DNA of 64,000 nucleotides from Nitrospirales bacterium (GTDB lineage Bacteria; Nitrospirota; Nitrospiria; Nitrospirales; UBA8639): NCBI GenBank assembly GCA_965203295.1, contig CBDBCZ010000017.1, positions 416,001 to 480,000 of the forward strand, read 5' to 3'. Shown piece by piece: positions 50,501 to 63,379 of this stretch (position 1 is its first letter; each line of letters starts with the position of its first letter). The notes under the pieces were generated by a model. It saw only the letters and a program-made list of their open reading frames with translations, ran no database searches and was not told where the DNA came from. The position numbers and the translations under genes were made by a program.

Positions 50501-51012
50501 AGACCACCCCTGGAGTTTGTGATAGAAGCTTTCAACCAGGGCCACTCGGAGAGGGGAGAACCAGCTAAATCAGACAGCTCAGAGCATCACGCATGCACGG
50601 TATTATCGAAGACCGCCGCAGCCTGTTAGATAGGCTAAGAAGCATCGAGAATAATGCGGGAATAATAGGGCGGTTTTCGGGAATAATGCGAATCTTGAAC
50701 GGAAATATTCGGAGTAGATCTCGCCCACCACAATCTCTGCATGCGTTTATGGCGTCTAGCAGTGGTTCTGAAGGGAGAATGGCTGGTCTACAGCATGCAA
50801 ATTAATTTTATTCCAACATGCTGTGCTTCAATAGTGATAAATAGCGTCACAAGCCAGTCAGCGACCGAAGAAAATGTTACCGGTACATACGCGAAAATTT
50901 TGGGGATTTTAGTGGGATTAATGCGAGAATAATAGGTAGTTACTCGGGCAGTTTTGTGAGAATAGGGGAATAGAATTATAGGTAGCTTTTTGAGCACAAT
51001 CCGCCCAACCCT

Positions 51013-52175
51013 ACTCAGAGGGCACCGGTTACGTTACGGGATGCCGGTTACCGTAACCGGTGTCATAAAATTTTGGGGACCCCATGAATATAGGGACCCC
51101 GGGTCCCTAATCTACCGGTAAAATGGGCACCCCCGCGGTACTTTAGGGACCCCTTTGCGTGGATGAACAGCGATCTTTATACTTGTCCCGAAGCTAACTC
51201 TAGCAAAGAAATATAACGCATTGAACTCTTTTAAAATATTAATGGGTGCATGTTCCATACAATGGTAGCTAACTCTAGCGCTTTGACCGACGCTAAGGGT
51301 CATGGGTTTGACGGACGCATGTCCCATAGCTAAATCTGGTCATGGAAGTCACTTCATTTGTTATTGCATGCATAGCTATATGTCTATGTATTGTTTAGTT
51401 ACTTTAATTTGTGTATTGTTTAGTTACTTTAAATTGCATTGTATGTTTTGTTTACTTTGTATGCACACACTACATTTGTGACTGCATTTTTATTGCACAT
51501 GGCATGATCTTAATAGAAACTTACAATACTTTAAATAATATTGTTATAAGCGTGACATAGCTACATGTCTACGTAAAATCTGGCCCATTATACCGGTAGA
51601 ATGGGCAGAGGGGTCCCCATTCTACCGGTAATTTAGGGACCCCGGGTCCCCATACCAGTAGAATAGGGATCTTTAGGGGTCCCTATTTTCATGAAGGGGT
51701 CCCTATTATACCGGTAAATTGGGGACCCGGGGTCCCTAAACTACCGCCGCAACCGGTTACGTTATTTACGGGATGCCGGTTACGTAAACCGGCCAATCGG
51801 TTACGTAACCGGATAGCCGGTTGTGCAACTGGATGGACGATAGACTACCCGATTGTAGTCTCGCGGGCCAGACCATAGATAATATACTAGGAGAATGCAG
51901 AGCATTTGTGGGGCGAGCGCAACTACAACATGTGCTTAGCATGTTTCTGCGCATGCGCAATGCGACGGGTCGGTCGATGACATACATACAGGTCGGTCGA
52001 TGACATACATACAAACAGAGTCGGCATTGACCTCGCTAGTACAGGGCTCGCTGCGCTCGCCCCAATTATCTATGGCCAGACTAACCCGGTTGCGTAATGG
52101 GACAACGGTTTCTTATCTTATCACTTGGCACTGTAATTAGTGCAGGAAATCGATACACATAATTAGAACATAATA
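51013..52175. mobile_element. Nested MITE cluster present only in the second duplication unit
   Basis: GGGGACCC/GGGTCCCC repeat-rich element ~51058-51745; TAG..CTA element 51856-52083 with TSD ACCCGATTG/ACCCGGTTG, itself containing a CATAGATAAT...ATTATCTATG element. Confidence 0.6.
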
Positions 52176-53755
52176 ACGGGACAACAGTTTTCTTACCCGG
52201 TTGCGTATCCGGTCAGGTTGGATATCCGGTTTTCTGTTGTTATTTTTTTTCTTTCTGTTGTTGTTGTTGGTTTGTTGGTTTGTTTGTTTGTTTACTTATA
52301 TTCATTGCTTTTTTTATTAATTTTTTTCCTTATTAGCTAATGCTTGCACGTACGTCAATTAGTAATACCTTTATGGTTTGTATCCGTTATGTAACCGGAC
52401 AGCCGGTTACATAACAGGACAGCCGGTTACGTAACAGGGTGACAGTCACGTATCCGTGCAGAACATATTAACTTGCTCTATATAATTCTGGGAATTAAGT
52501 ACTAAGTATGCTTTTCAATCAGTTCCAGGTGGTATCCCACATGTACATGTAGTTGATTGTAATATGTATTAGGCTTGCCTCTACTTGATCTAATAGACCT
52601 TGCTGTCCTAGACTCAATTCACAAGCGACCTCACTGGATGTAGTTAAAGTTTTAACTGTAGAATGACTCCTCACAGTTTGGAATACAGTTTCCTGTAGCT
52701 AAGCCCAATAAAGCAAATGCAACTAGCTATACGTGGCATGGGATACCACCTGGAAGTGGTCGAAAAGCCCCAACATGTATAGTGGTTTACACATGACTGC
52801 TTGAGCATCCATGACGGCCTACGTAAATAGAAGAAGCTTATTTTGTATCTCTGGGTACAGAAGGATTCAACCAGCATGCAATGCTTTTGCATGTCACTGC
52901 CATTTATGGCAATATTGATATCGGGGTTATAGTGCTGTAAATTATGTGTAGTATTCTCCCACCATGCAGTTACATTTACGTTCGTGGTTTAGAAGTATAT
53001 ACTGGACCACCTATACTATATGTAGCTACATGCAGGCCAACTGTTGGTTATTTAGCATTCATGATCATGCAGCCAAATTGGCTCAAGCAGGAACTTCCTG
53101 TTTGAGCGAGGTTATAGATGTCTTAGTGTAGACTGAGTCATGAGCATGCGTACTTATGAGCACAGATCTTGGCACACTCCTACACCTATGTGGACTCTAC
53201 AACACCAATAGTCTGAACATCATTTGATGACTGTAGTGCTTTTTTGACTAGTATCACAAGGAGTTTGAAAATGAAGTAGCTAATACTCTCTAGATCTTAT
53301 AATTAGAATGGCAGTGGTCTTTTTATAAAGTGTGAGTTCAAAAGAGTGATGATGCGGTGTGTACAACATGCACACCCAAACAGCTTCCTGGGTGTGGTAC
53401 ACAAATCAAAATTAGGTCCAGCTCATGTATCCTCCCATCCCTTAATTGAATTACATGCATACACCCTTAATACTGCTGTACTGTCTTGATACTTCTTAAT
53501 GAAGACATATTTGTCACTCGTACATTAGCTATAGATATTCTCTTTAATTAAACACAAGAACTGTCAATCGTATTAAAAATGACATAATACACTGCATGAT
53601 ATATTCAGCGAAGATGATTATACATACAATGCCATACATAAGTGTATGAAGCAGCAGCTATCTTAATTGTTTTCACATCTTACATTTTAGCCACAAATAT
53701 TACGTAGATGCAATTATTATAGTTCAATCTCTTCTTGCATGCCCATAGTTTTCAA

Positions 53756-54261
53756 TTACCACGGGCCCATGACTTCAGGTTCTTCATACACGTAATCCAT
53801 TTCATCAAGCTCAGCCAGCTGCTCAAACACTTCTTCTTCTGCACCTCTCCCTGCCCTCCGACCAGGTGGTCCCCTCGCACCAGGGGGTGGGCCAGGTGGT
53901 CCAATTGGTCCTGGTCTTCGAGGACCAGGTGTTCGAGGTCTGGTATTGGTGCAGACACAGAACAGACGGCCTGCCCTGTGATTAAACCTGCACTCTCCAT
54001 TCCTGTAGCCTTTTCTTGAACATGCTATATCGCATTGAAGTGGATCATAATCTGTAGCATATTAAGAGATAAATAGTAACCAACTCAGTAATTATTATGT
54101 AAAGCATTGGTATTAAAAGCTTATACACATTACACTAGGGTATGACATTAAGAGCATGCTTTAGCTATCACTTAATTACCGCAAACTCCCTTGGAGGATT
54201 CTGCCAATGAGACAATTGCCAGCGCCACAGCTGTAGCCAAGAGAATGATGGCAGCCTTCAT
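53756..54261 (-). CDS. Secreted defensin-like precursor B3 (125 aa, same protein as B2)
   Basis: Exons 54180-54261 and 53756-54051; offset 10705 bp from B2. Confidence 0.9.
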
Positions 54262-55709
54262 TTTGGTAGTTTCTTCTTGGATGTATATACGTTGTCAGAA
54301 GATGCTCAGTGACTAGAGAGGAGCTGCTTTTATAGGTAGAGCTAAGGCTTATGGCAATAAGGATTCTGTTACAGTAGGTGTAGGTTATTGTGGCCACTAA
54401 TTAAACCTTGTTGTCATTCAACTTGGTTTCACTATAGTTTGATAGATCACTGCTGGCTTCCTGATTGCCTTTATAAGGCAACTTCATCAGCTACATGTGG
54501 GATACCACCTAGAACTGGTTGAAAGCACAAGAAAAGATTCAGTACTTCCCCAGCATGGCACTGTATAGTAAACATGTAGGTGTTTATTTGTCTTAATGTA
54601 TGGCTGTTCACACATACTAGTTAAATAGAAGAACTTGAAATATCCTGTCTCTGAAGTATGAGTGGGTGCCGGGATTCACTGTCAGGTGTTCAATTTCGTG
54701 AGAAATATCGTCATCATAGGTCTTGTTTTTAATGTGTGCAACCTCCCACCTTCTGCATGCACATGACTGCATGTTTACATAATATTATAGCTAGCTAAAT
54801 AGAAGAACTTTGAATATCCTGTCTCTGAATGATGAGTGGGTTGAGTCAAGGGTGCCGAACTTCCTTTTTAGAACGTGTGGTAACCTTTCACCTGCTGATT
54901 AGCCAAGGGTGTGTTTGTTTATGCATACTCACATACAGGAACCATGTATCACAGCAACTGTGTATCGCAGGGGTGGATGATTAATATTATACCCATGTGT
55001 CGAACTTTCTTTTTACTACGGAACGTGTGGTGACCTCCCACCTTCTGATTAGGGTGTGTTTGTTTATGCATACTCACATACAGGAACTCTGTATCACAGC
55101 AACTGCATGTGTCTCACAGATGTGGATGATTAATATTATACCCATGCATGTGACTCTATACCGCTGTTTAGTTTACTTGTGATTCACTCTTGCTACCCTG
55201 AAGGCTGGCTCAGCGGGTGCTAGACTAAGTCCAGCTCGATAGACTAAGCGGGTACACATGCATAATATTAAAGGTAGCTAACATACTGAAATTTATCAAA
55301 GGCAGTTGCAGCTATGTGTGCAGCAATACAATTATGACTAAACTAAGTGTATAGCATTCATCATAAATCTACATACATTATACATGTGGCTATTTTCAAT
55401 AACATTTATCACCCCTGCATGTGAAAAAAATTATCTACTACATGCAGGTATGTTTTGAGCTTGGGGTAGTAACGTTTAACAGTGAAACATAAAATGACTA
55501 CCCAAAGTTCGAGATACTGAGTAGAGTAGCTAGACCAGGAATGATATAGCTTATCAATCTTTGGATACCACCTGGAACTATGGTTGAAAAATACAAAAAC
55601 AGCTTCAGTACCTCCCCCAGCATGTATAGTTAAACTAGTGGCAGAGGAACTGGATAATTTATGACTGAATAATTTATGCTATAAGTCGGAGCCTTCCACG
55701 ATCTGACCA

Positions 55710-55757
55710 CTGCGCATGCGCGTGCAGCATTCGACCGTATTATGTAATGACGTCATT
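55710..55757 (+). promoter_or_regulatory. Putative SVIP promoter: NRF1-like TGCGCATGCGC and CRE palindrome ATGACGTCAT
   Basis: Motifs ~75-120 bp upstream of ATG 55831; a second TGCGCATGCGCA lies at 58961-58972 upstream of the B3GAT-like gene. Confidence 0.5.
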
Positions 55758-55830
55758 ATGCAGATTCAGCTAGCTCCACCCACCGGCAAACTTTCTAATT
55801 AATGCGCTACTCTCTTACCAACAAACAAAG

Positions 55831-58345
55831 ATGGGAAATTGCTTTGGACTGGAGCCTGAAGTAGGAGTACCTCAGGAAGATGAGGTAAGAATTTTTGGTG
55901 TAGGTACACGTCAAGGGTCGCCTACAATCACTGGAGTGGACTGTACCTGCTGGGTAGCGCACTGAATTGGCGGACAGAACCAAAAGACTAGCCAAAACTG
56001 CTTTTCTCTACTACAGCTGCTGGGTAGTAGCTGCTTTCTTATTTAATTGACAGTACAGGAGTGTTCATCCCTTTTGACGCGTTCTGCATTGAAGTCATGA
56101 CCCATAGCTTGAGGATATACAGTAAAAGTAAACAGTCGCTTAAATTCTAGAAATTGTAGTATAGAGGTATTTTACAGCCATTTTGGCCAATCCAGGGGTC
56201 AAGTCTACCTGTCCACGTCACTACTGCAGTCCAACGATTGTAGGCTGCCATAGTTAAGTGTTACACTGTCCTATGCTTGTCACTAGACTAATTGGTTATG
56301 GCAAATACAGTGGAACACCTTCATTGTGGACGCATTGGTGACCTAGTGAAGTGTCCTGTATTAACTCATTTCAGGTTTAACATGCTATATATTTGAGACA
56401 TAGCAACGTGTCCTTTTTTCAGGAGTGTCCTTTAAGAGGGGCTCCACTGAATTCATTGTGTATATTGAAGAAAAGTATAGTGCTGTCTCATTGCTGTAAC
56501 CTTTGGGAACTAAGCACCATTTTCAAATTCCTGCTGTGGCTATAGAGTGCATGCTATATGGCCAGAAGTCCATCCATTCCTTCGAACACTTTTCCAGGGT
56601 GTTCGCAGACAGAGACAAGCTGAGGCAGCAGAGGCGAAAGGAGGTGAGTTGAAATTAATTAGGGGAATGAGAGAGCAGCTAAAACTGTGGAAAGAAAACT
56701 TTGGAATACATGTAGGGTTGTTTTAGTATAGATTCCCATAACGAACGAAAGGTTAGTTTCAGTGCCAACTAGAATGAAAAAGGGGTTACTAAAACACATT
56801 TGGTACTAGTTAATTGTGATGGGTAAAGGGGTTAATTTTGGTGGGAAAATGTTAGTTTTTTAGTTGTAATTTTTGAAGTTTTGGCTATAGTTAACTAAAT
56901 CTGTTTTTGCTCCCACTAAAACAATATTTGTTTTTAGGTTCGGTTAGCTATAACAACTGAAATTTTAGCAACAATTGTGTTGATTATGATGAGATCTGTA
57001 GCCTAGCTCGGGCCTGGGTACTGCTTTAATTCTGCTGGCTAGGAGTGGACTAAGTAAATCTTATTTTGGCAGGGAAGAGTATACAGAAACCGTAATGACC
57101 ACAGGAGTCCATAAAAATGTAAAGCTTCTAAACACTTTGTGCACCAGGACTACATGTACAATAGTGTTACCATAATATTATACAAAAACAAGGTAACTCT
57201 TAATTAATTAATGAATTAATTAATTAACATTTTTACCACTGTAGCCACTGTATGGCAGTAAGGAAGTATCGAAAAGCCTATACGGTATAATAATGCCTAA
57301 TATGAAAACTCCATAAAATTCACTCTCCCTAACTCTATGTGGGTGATGACTGATGAGTCGTCTTATTAACTCTCCACTGCCTGCACCTATACCTCGCTCT
57401 CTCCTTTGATAGCAAGAGGGGCGGGGCCTGAAGAACCCTGAGGCAGTTAAGGCCAAGCAAAAGAGGAAAGAGGAGGCAGAGAAGAGAGCGGGGAATGCTG
57501 GACGGGATTCAGAGGGACCTCTCAGAGTGAGAATAATTCAGACAATGGCATTGAGTGGTTTGCAGGAAATACACAAGAAGCTTCATTTGATAGACCACGC
57601 AAGCAGGAAGGGGGAGTGGTCTATCAAATGAAGCCGGAGTGGGTTTCCTGTATCCACGAAATGGCATCATCTAAGTGGCTTGTACTATATACCGTATAGC
57701 CGGAAAATTTGGCAAGGACTTTAATTTGGCGGTTTGGCGAATCGTAAAAAATCGCCAAATTAAATTCTCGCCAAATAAAATTCTTACACATTATGTAATA
57801 CGCAACACCCACGCGTGCATTCAGCTACAAGAAAGAAGTTGTTGTTCGCACTCCACGTACGTGTTTCCTCTCTGTCCGGGAGGGACATCGAACTCGTGAA
57901 CAAAGCTGTAAAGCGCCCTCTATCTGGAGACTTGAAGCCTGTTACACGGTCACCTCGAGGTAAGTAGCTATAACGCTTACGCGCAAGAAATGGCACAAAT
58001 TGGAAAGTATGCCGCTGACAACGGAGCGACAAAGGCCGCTACACACTTCTCGAAGCTTCTGGATAGTAAGATCGGCGAATCCAACGTCTCCATTGTCAAG
58101 CTCAGTGACAAAAAAAATTTCAGCAGCGTTGCACGTTGTGCGCCTACGCTCACTTAATTGGAGATTACGTCATAGCCTTCGCCGTACGCAATCGCCAAAT
58201 TTAAATTTCGCCAATATTTAATTTTAGCCGTTTTTGGCGATTTCGCCAAATTTAATTCTCGCCAAATTTTCCGGCTATACGGTACATCTCTTGAAGTTAA
58301 TATCTACTTTTCTTTTCTTTCCTTTTTCAGTGGACCGTTGACTGA
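55831..58345 (+). CDS. SVIP: Small VCP/p97-interacting protein homologue, 4 exons
   Basis: Exons 55831-55884 (MGNCFGLEPEVGVPQEDE, myristoylation-type MGxC), 56598-56643 (GVRRQRQAEAAE.., VIM-like), 57413/57417-57526 (GRGLKNPEAVKAKQKRKEEAEKR...GPLR), 58331-58345 (WTVD*); exon 2 is 46 nt (see findings). Confidence 0.8.
56308..56449. mobile_element. pogo/Tigger-like MITE; relatives at 61794-61907 and ~28665-28818
   Basis: TA|CAGTGGAAC...(G/C)TCCACTG termini; the 61794-61907 copy has TA on both sides. Confidence 0.6.
57692..58282. mobile_element. Tc1/mariner-pogo-type MITE in SVIP intron 3
   Basis: TA|CCGTATAGCCGGAAAATTTGGC ... GCCAAATTTTCCGGCTATACGG|TA; subterminal TCGCCAAAT repeats. Confidence 0.85.
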
Positions 58346-59296
58346 GTGACCTAACAGCTACGTAGCATTAATTATGTTCATTATATCATTGTGGAGTGCA
58401 TGGGTATTGTACGTGAACAAAAGATGACCTTTTTTAAAAATGTTTGCCCAAAAATGTATTTCATTTTATTCCCTCTTTCTGTTGCTGTTTTGTACTTATA
58501 CCAGCTGACTGTATGTACATGTAATGATGGAACACTCAAACTATGAGACTTGTGCAGACACTCAGAGGCTTCTTTGTTGTCATTATACTTGGGAGTGTAC
58601 CACTAAAAATGATGAAACTATAAGGAATGGTACCCCTAGCTGTGTTTTGTATTAGGCGGATGGATGGATGGACAGATAAATAAGTAGCTAGGTAGACAAA
58701 TGGATGAATAACTATGGTTATGTAGGAATGAATCGTTAGTAATTATGTTGTGCATTGTGTAACTCGTAATCTGTGTGGCATTATCCTTAACTCTAATTCA
58801 AACCAATGCAAAATGCTCCCATGAAAAATTAAAGTTGCCCCTAAAGGCTTCCTTATAGTGTACATGAAAGTCAATAGGCAAGGACTTATTTCATAGTGTT
58901 TTCTGGTGAATGTATGTCTGCGCTCCTGGGGCGTGTCTGATATACGCGAAGATACTCTTCTGCGCATGCGCAGTCTTGCATTAATTTTGGATTCGACAGC
59001 CGCCAGACCCGGCAGACCCTTTCTACCGTTTTTTGTTAGGGTCTGGGCATGCACGAGACTGCAAGAATTCACTGCCGCTGGTGATGACGCCTAGCTACAC
59101 ACTGACACACCTCGCGGGCAACTGGCCAGGTTTGGAATAATGAAGTCTTGGCATCTCAAGTCCAGAGTCAGTCTACATGTAAATGTCTGAGCAGACGGGG
59201 GCGCGGCTGAACCGCCCTCACTAATTAATATACATGTAACTGGCGTGCAATCGCTCAAAATTAATTTTTGATCGGCGTGTGTGTGTGTGCAAGTCG

Positions 59297-62200
59297 ATGG
59301 CACCCGCTCTCTTTGCGACCAGATGCAGCCGCAGCTCATTTGCAATTCTTCTGTCCAATCTGATCACGGCCAACGTTGTACTGTTCTACACCTTGCAGGC
59401 CACAATACCGCGTAAGCGCAGTGTATTGTACATGTATAATACTCTGTTGGAAAGACGGGCATACAATCTCGGTAAATGTAACACTGACAGTGTTTTTTTT
59501 TTGTGACTGGCTGTCAAGGAATAATCATTTGTAGGGTATTACACATACTAGAAAATGTAATAAGAATTCACAATCTATACAGCTGCAGTGCGTACATACA
59601 GTCATTAATTTTTCTAATAATAATTATTATGTCACATGTTTATTCTATAGATAGTAGAATAGTACAAGAAAAGATTATGTGTGTACATGTACATTATCAG
59701 ACAATCGCTCTGAACCAGTCAAGTAATTTAGTTCAATGTGAATGGTTATTGTAAAATCAGAAAAAGTACATACTTTTAACTATTTTATATGTGCCCTTGG
59801 CTGCATGCATGGGAAAGAGTTAACAGTCCCGGCTGCACGAGTATACGACTAAAAATAGCCCACAAGGCACTTCTATCTATAATTCTTCACATGCAACATG
59901 GCCTATTCTACACATGGAATGGGCTATGCAGAACACATTAATTAAAGTGGCTGTACTGCATTAAATAGCATTTAAAGACAAAATTTAGATCATGCAGATA
60001 ATGTGCAGGTTGAAAGTTACAGTGTGGTAGGTGAGCTCATTAATTGTCTTAATGTTTTCATAGTCAATAGCCAAGTTTCTCACAGCCAAACATAGTGTTG
60101 GTGTAGCATGGGAGAGGCAGGGTGTAACTTGGCAGGCCAGTATTAGACTACTAAGTACTATCATACTTAAATCATCCAGCTAGCTTTATATTATCTGTTA
60201 CGTCCACAACCTAGATTTTGCAAATCCATATATGTGCTACCCATTTGGCATGGATGCATGTAGAAAAGTACACGCACACATGGGGCTACATAATTATTGG
60301 CTGTCCTCACAGACTCATGCAAACTCCATGCAGCCTCTCCTAGTTCTTTTGGTAATGTACACACAAAAACACATGCTGTGTTCTGTGTTTGTCCTTTATA
60401 TTATTGGGCAAAGCCTGATTGCTACCCTTTAACACTCAAGTTTAAATCTCAATTTTGGAGGTACCCTAACCCATTACCAACCATAAGAAACAGCTTAAAG
60501 AAGCAGAAAGCCTGTACAAAGTATTATAACACCTAATATTAACACCCCATGTAAATTTATGTGGGCTTATGGGAGCTCATGACGCATATATATATGCTTC
60601 ATTGGTTGGTAAAAAATAACACCCAAGTTTAAATTTAAATTTTTTGAGTGGGTTACTTGTATGACAGAGTTGCTGGTTTGAATCTCACCATGCACCGGCC
60701 CTTTTTCTTTCAAGTTTTTTTTTCTTAGCTCATTAATTTTAATTGTGAATTACAAATGAAGAATAATCTCAAATACATGCAGCTCAGCCAGTGCCTGCTG
60801 TTTCAACCAAAAGATTCAGCATCATACGCCCTGCAACTCTCAACATTTCACCCTACCTGAGGCTCTTGGATCTCCTTGCCAGTTCTAGCTCCGATTCAAA
60901 TCTCCCAACCGTGTATGCCATAACTCCCACCTATGCTCGTCCGACGCAGAAAGCAGACCTCACCACCCTCTGCTACACATTTGCACAAGTACCGAAGCTG
61001 GTATGGATAGTCGTGGAAGACTCCAATGAAAAGACAAAGCTGGTATCGGGTCTGCTGGAGCGCTGCAATATCAAGAGTGTGCACTTAAACGTGAGGACAT
61101 CATACAAATACAGACATAAGAGGTGGTCTCCATACTCTTGGCTCTTTCCAGCAATACCAAAAGGAGTTGAACAGCGTAACGTAGCATTGGAATGGCTGAG
61201 AAAGCAGCGCACACTGATCAACGCAAGCGGCGTGGTCTACTTTGCGGACGATGACAACAAGTATGATGTAAGAGTATTTCAAAAAGTAAGTGCTAATAAT
61301 TACACGTGTACAGGACAGTACAAACTGGTCCATGCCCAATGATTCTGGCACCAACTGGTAAAAATCCCAATTCACGGGCGGCTTACGTATAAAGGTCACA
61401 TTCACAGTTACAAAGCCGCTTAGACACTATAAGTGTACAACGATGTCTCAAGTGCACCGTATTTTAAACACTTGTGCATATTATGCAATGTTGAATTGTT
61501 TTCGGCTATTGGTGCACTATGCATGCAACATGTATATGTACATTATCACAGTGTCCTTTTAGATAAATGTGGCTATCAGCCGTTTTAGCTCAAGAACAAT
61601 GAGAGTAAACCAGGCAGAATGTAGCTAGGGGATAAATTTATAAATCTGCTTGTTTTCCATGCAGATAAGGAAAACCCAACTCGTATCCGTCTTTCCTGTG
61701 GGGTTTACTGGTCTGTTGAAGTGGGCAGGTCCAATCTGTGAGAATGGGAAGGCTGTTAGATGGCATGTTGTTTGGCAACCAAACAGGTAATTACAGTGGG
61801 ACCCCTCTGTTGTGGAACCCCTCTTCTGTGAGTGTCGTGAGGGGTAAAGATTAATTAAGAAAGAATCTTTATTATTCCAGGAGTTTTCTTTAAGAGAGGT
61901 TCCACTGTATCACAAGTTTACTTAAAATAGGACATATACCATTACTTTTATTGTTGTAGTTAGCTAGTTAATTAAATCTGTTTTTACTCATACTATATAT
62001 AAAACACCTTTTTTAATAAAACCACTAATGAAGTTACAATGCTTATTGGAAATGATTAGATCAGGAGCTCACTATAGTACCTTCTAATCTTCTTACAATC
62101 TGGCCTACATGTACAGCTGATCGACCAGCTTCATGCCAGGCCAGGGTGTAGCTATACAAAGGACCTGTAACAGCTGAAGCTCATTTAGTAGGTCTGATGA

Positions 62201-63379
62201 AACCTCTTTACAGCCACTTAAGCTTATTGCTGGCAATTATCTGCTAATTAATTTTATGAGTCAAACAAGTATTGTATGTACAGCACTTGAGCGTACACAA
62301 CAGACCATCAAAGTAGTTATATCATATTTAGAGCACAAAAAAAGTAAATACGCAAAATGAAAAGTATATTACCTGTTAGCTACTAGCTATATCCTGAAAA
62401 ATGAGGATGAAATACATATTGGGGAAAGCTGTTTAAGGAGTAGCTATGCATGCCAGTCACAAGTAAATAACTTGAACATCACTGTATGTGTGTGTTCCTG
62501 TTTTTAAGATAGAGTACTGCCCTGAAAAATATGTTATGACTTGTGCATCAAGCAGTTAGCCATACAGAATACTAAACTTGGTTTCTTCTCTCAATCATAT
62601 AAAGTATTACATTTTTGTTTGGTTTTTCCACCAGGAAAGTGCCAATAGACATGGCTGGGTTTGCTTTGAACTTGGCCCAAGTGATGAAATCGGACGTGCA
62701 GTTTGGCGTGAATGTGAACGGGAAGGATTCGGCAAGTGGACAGCTAGAGACTGATTTTCTGGAGCACTTCACCACCAAAGACACAGTGGAGTGCAGAGGC
62801 TCTAATGAAGAGGTGAGAGTACTACTCTTAATTCTCATAGTGTGGGGAGGGTATAATGAACTAATAATAATAAAAAGAAAGTTGGAAGAAAGAATAAATC
62901 TTACATAGTTGAAAAAGAGAGTAGGAAGATCTTACATAGTTGGTACTCCTGCTGAAATCAGCATATTTTTCTGCACAAGTTAAATTAGTGCTAATTGCTA
63001 GGGTAAGGGTTGCTGGTGTAAAGGTTTTGTAAATATTTGCGGTACACATGCATGCAGGCGCTGCCCTTAGCTAGGAGTGGTTAATGATGAAAATTGATTC
63101 CGTCCAATTATTGACAGAAAATTACTAATAATAGTATCTTCAGGGTAATCTTGAGCTGGTGTAAGCTTGAGTTAAGATTACCTCAAAAACGCAGAAAATA
63201 TTATGATGAATAACAAGTTCATTATTAATTAATGCCTGAATACAGTACGTAACTTTCATCAGTATCCAATTCTCTCAATACTCTTCTCCCCCCAGATCTA
63301 TGTCTGGCACACAAGAACACAGATACCCGACTTTTCAAATGAAAAATGGGAAGCGTCAGATCCAAGAGTGGAGTATTAG
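59297..63379 (+). CDS. B3GAT: Galactosylgalactosylxylosylprotein 3-beta-glucuronosyltransferase-like (GT43, B3GAT family), ~333 aa, 5 exons
   Basis: Exons 59297-59411 (type II anchor FAILLSNLITANVVLFYTL), 60783-61285 (ITPTYARPTQKADLT, WIVVED, GVEQRN, VVYFADDDN), 61665-61786, 62635-62812 (PIDMAGFA, GQLETDFL), 63296-63379 (VWHTRT); GT-AG, 1002 nt in frame; exact paralog not assignable. Confidence 0.9.

Larger units (their letters stand above)
33845..54500. repeat. Tandem segmental duplication with a ~9.6-10.7 kb unit (spacer + gene A + spacer + gene B)
   Basis: Near-identical sequence and repeated ORF-track entries at offsets 9633-9637 and 10705. Confidence 0.9.

Noticed and set aside
60690..60728. 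ATG at 60690 as the B3GAT start
   Set aside because: Hits a stop after 12 codons; the exon at 59297-59411 supplies an in-phase type II anchor
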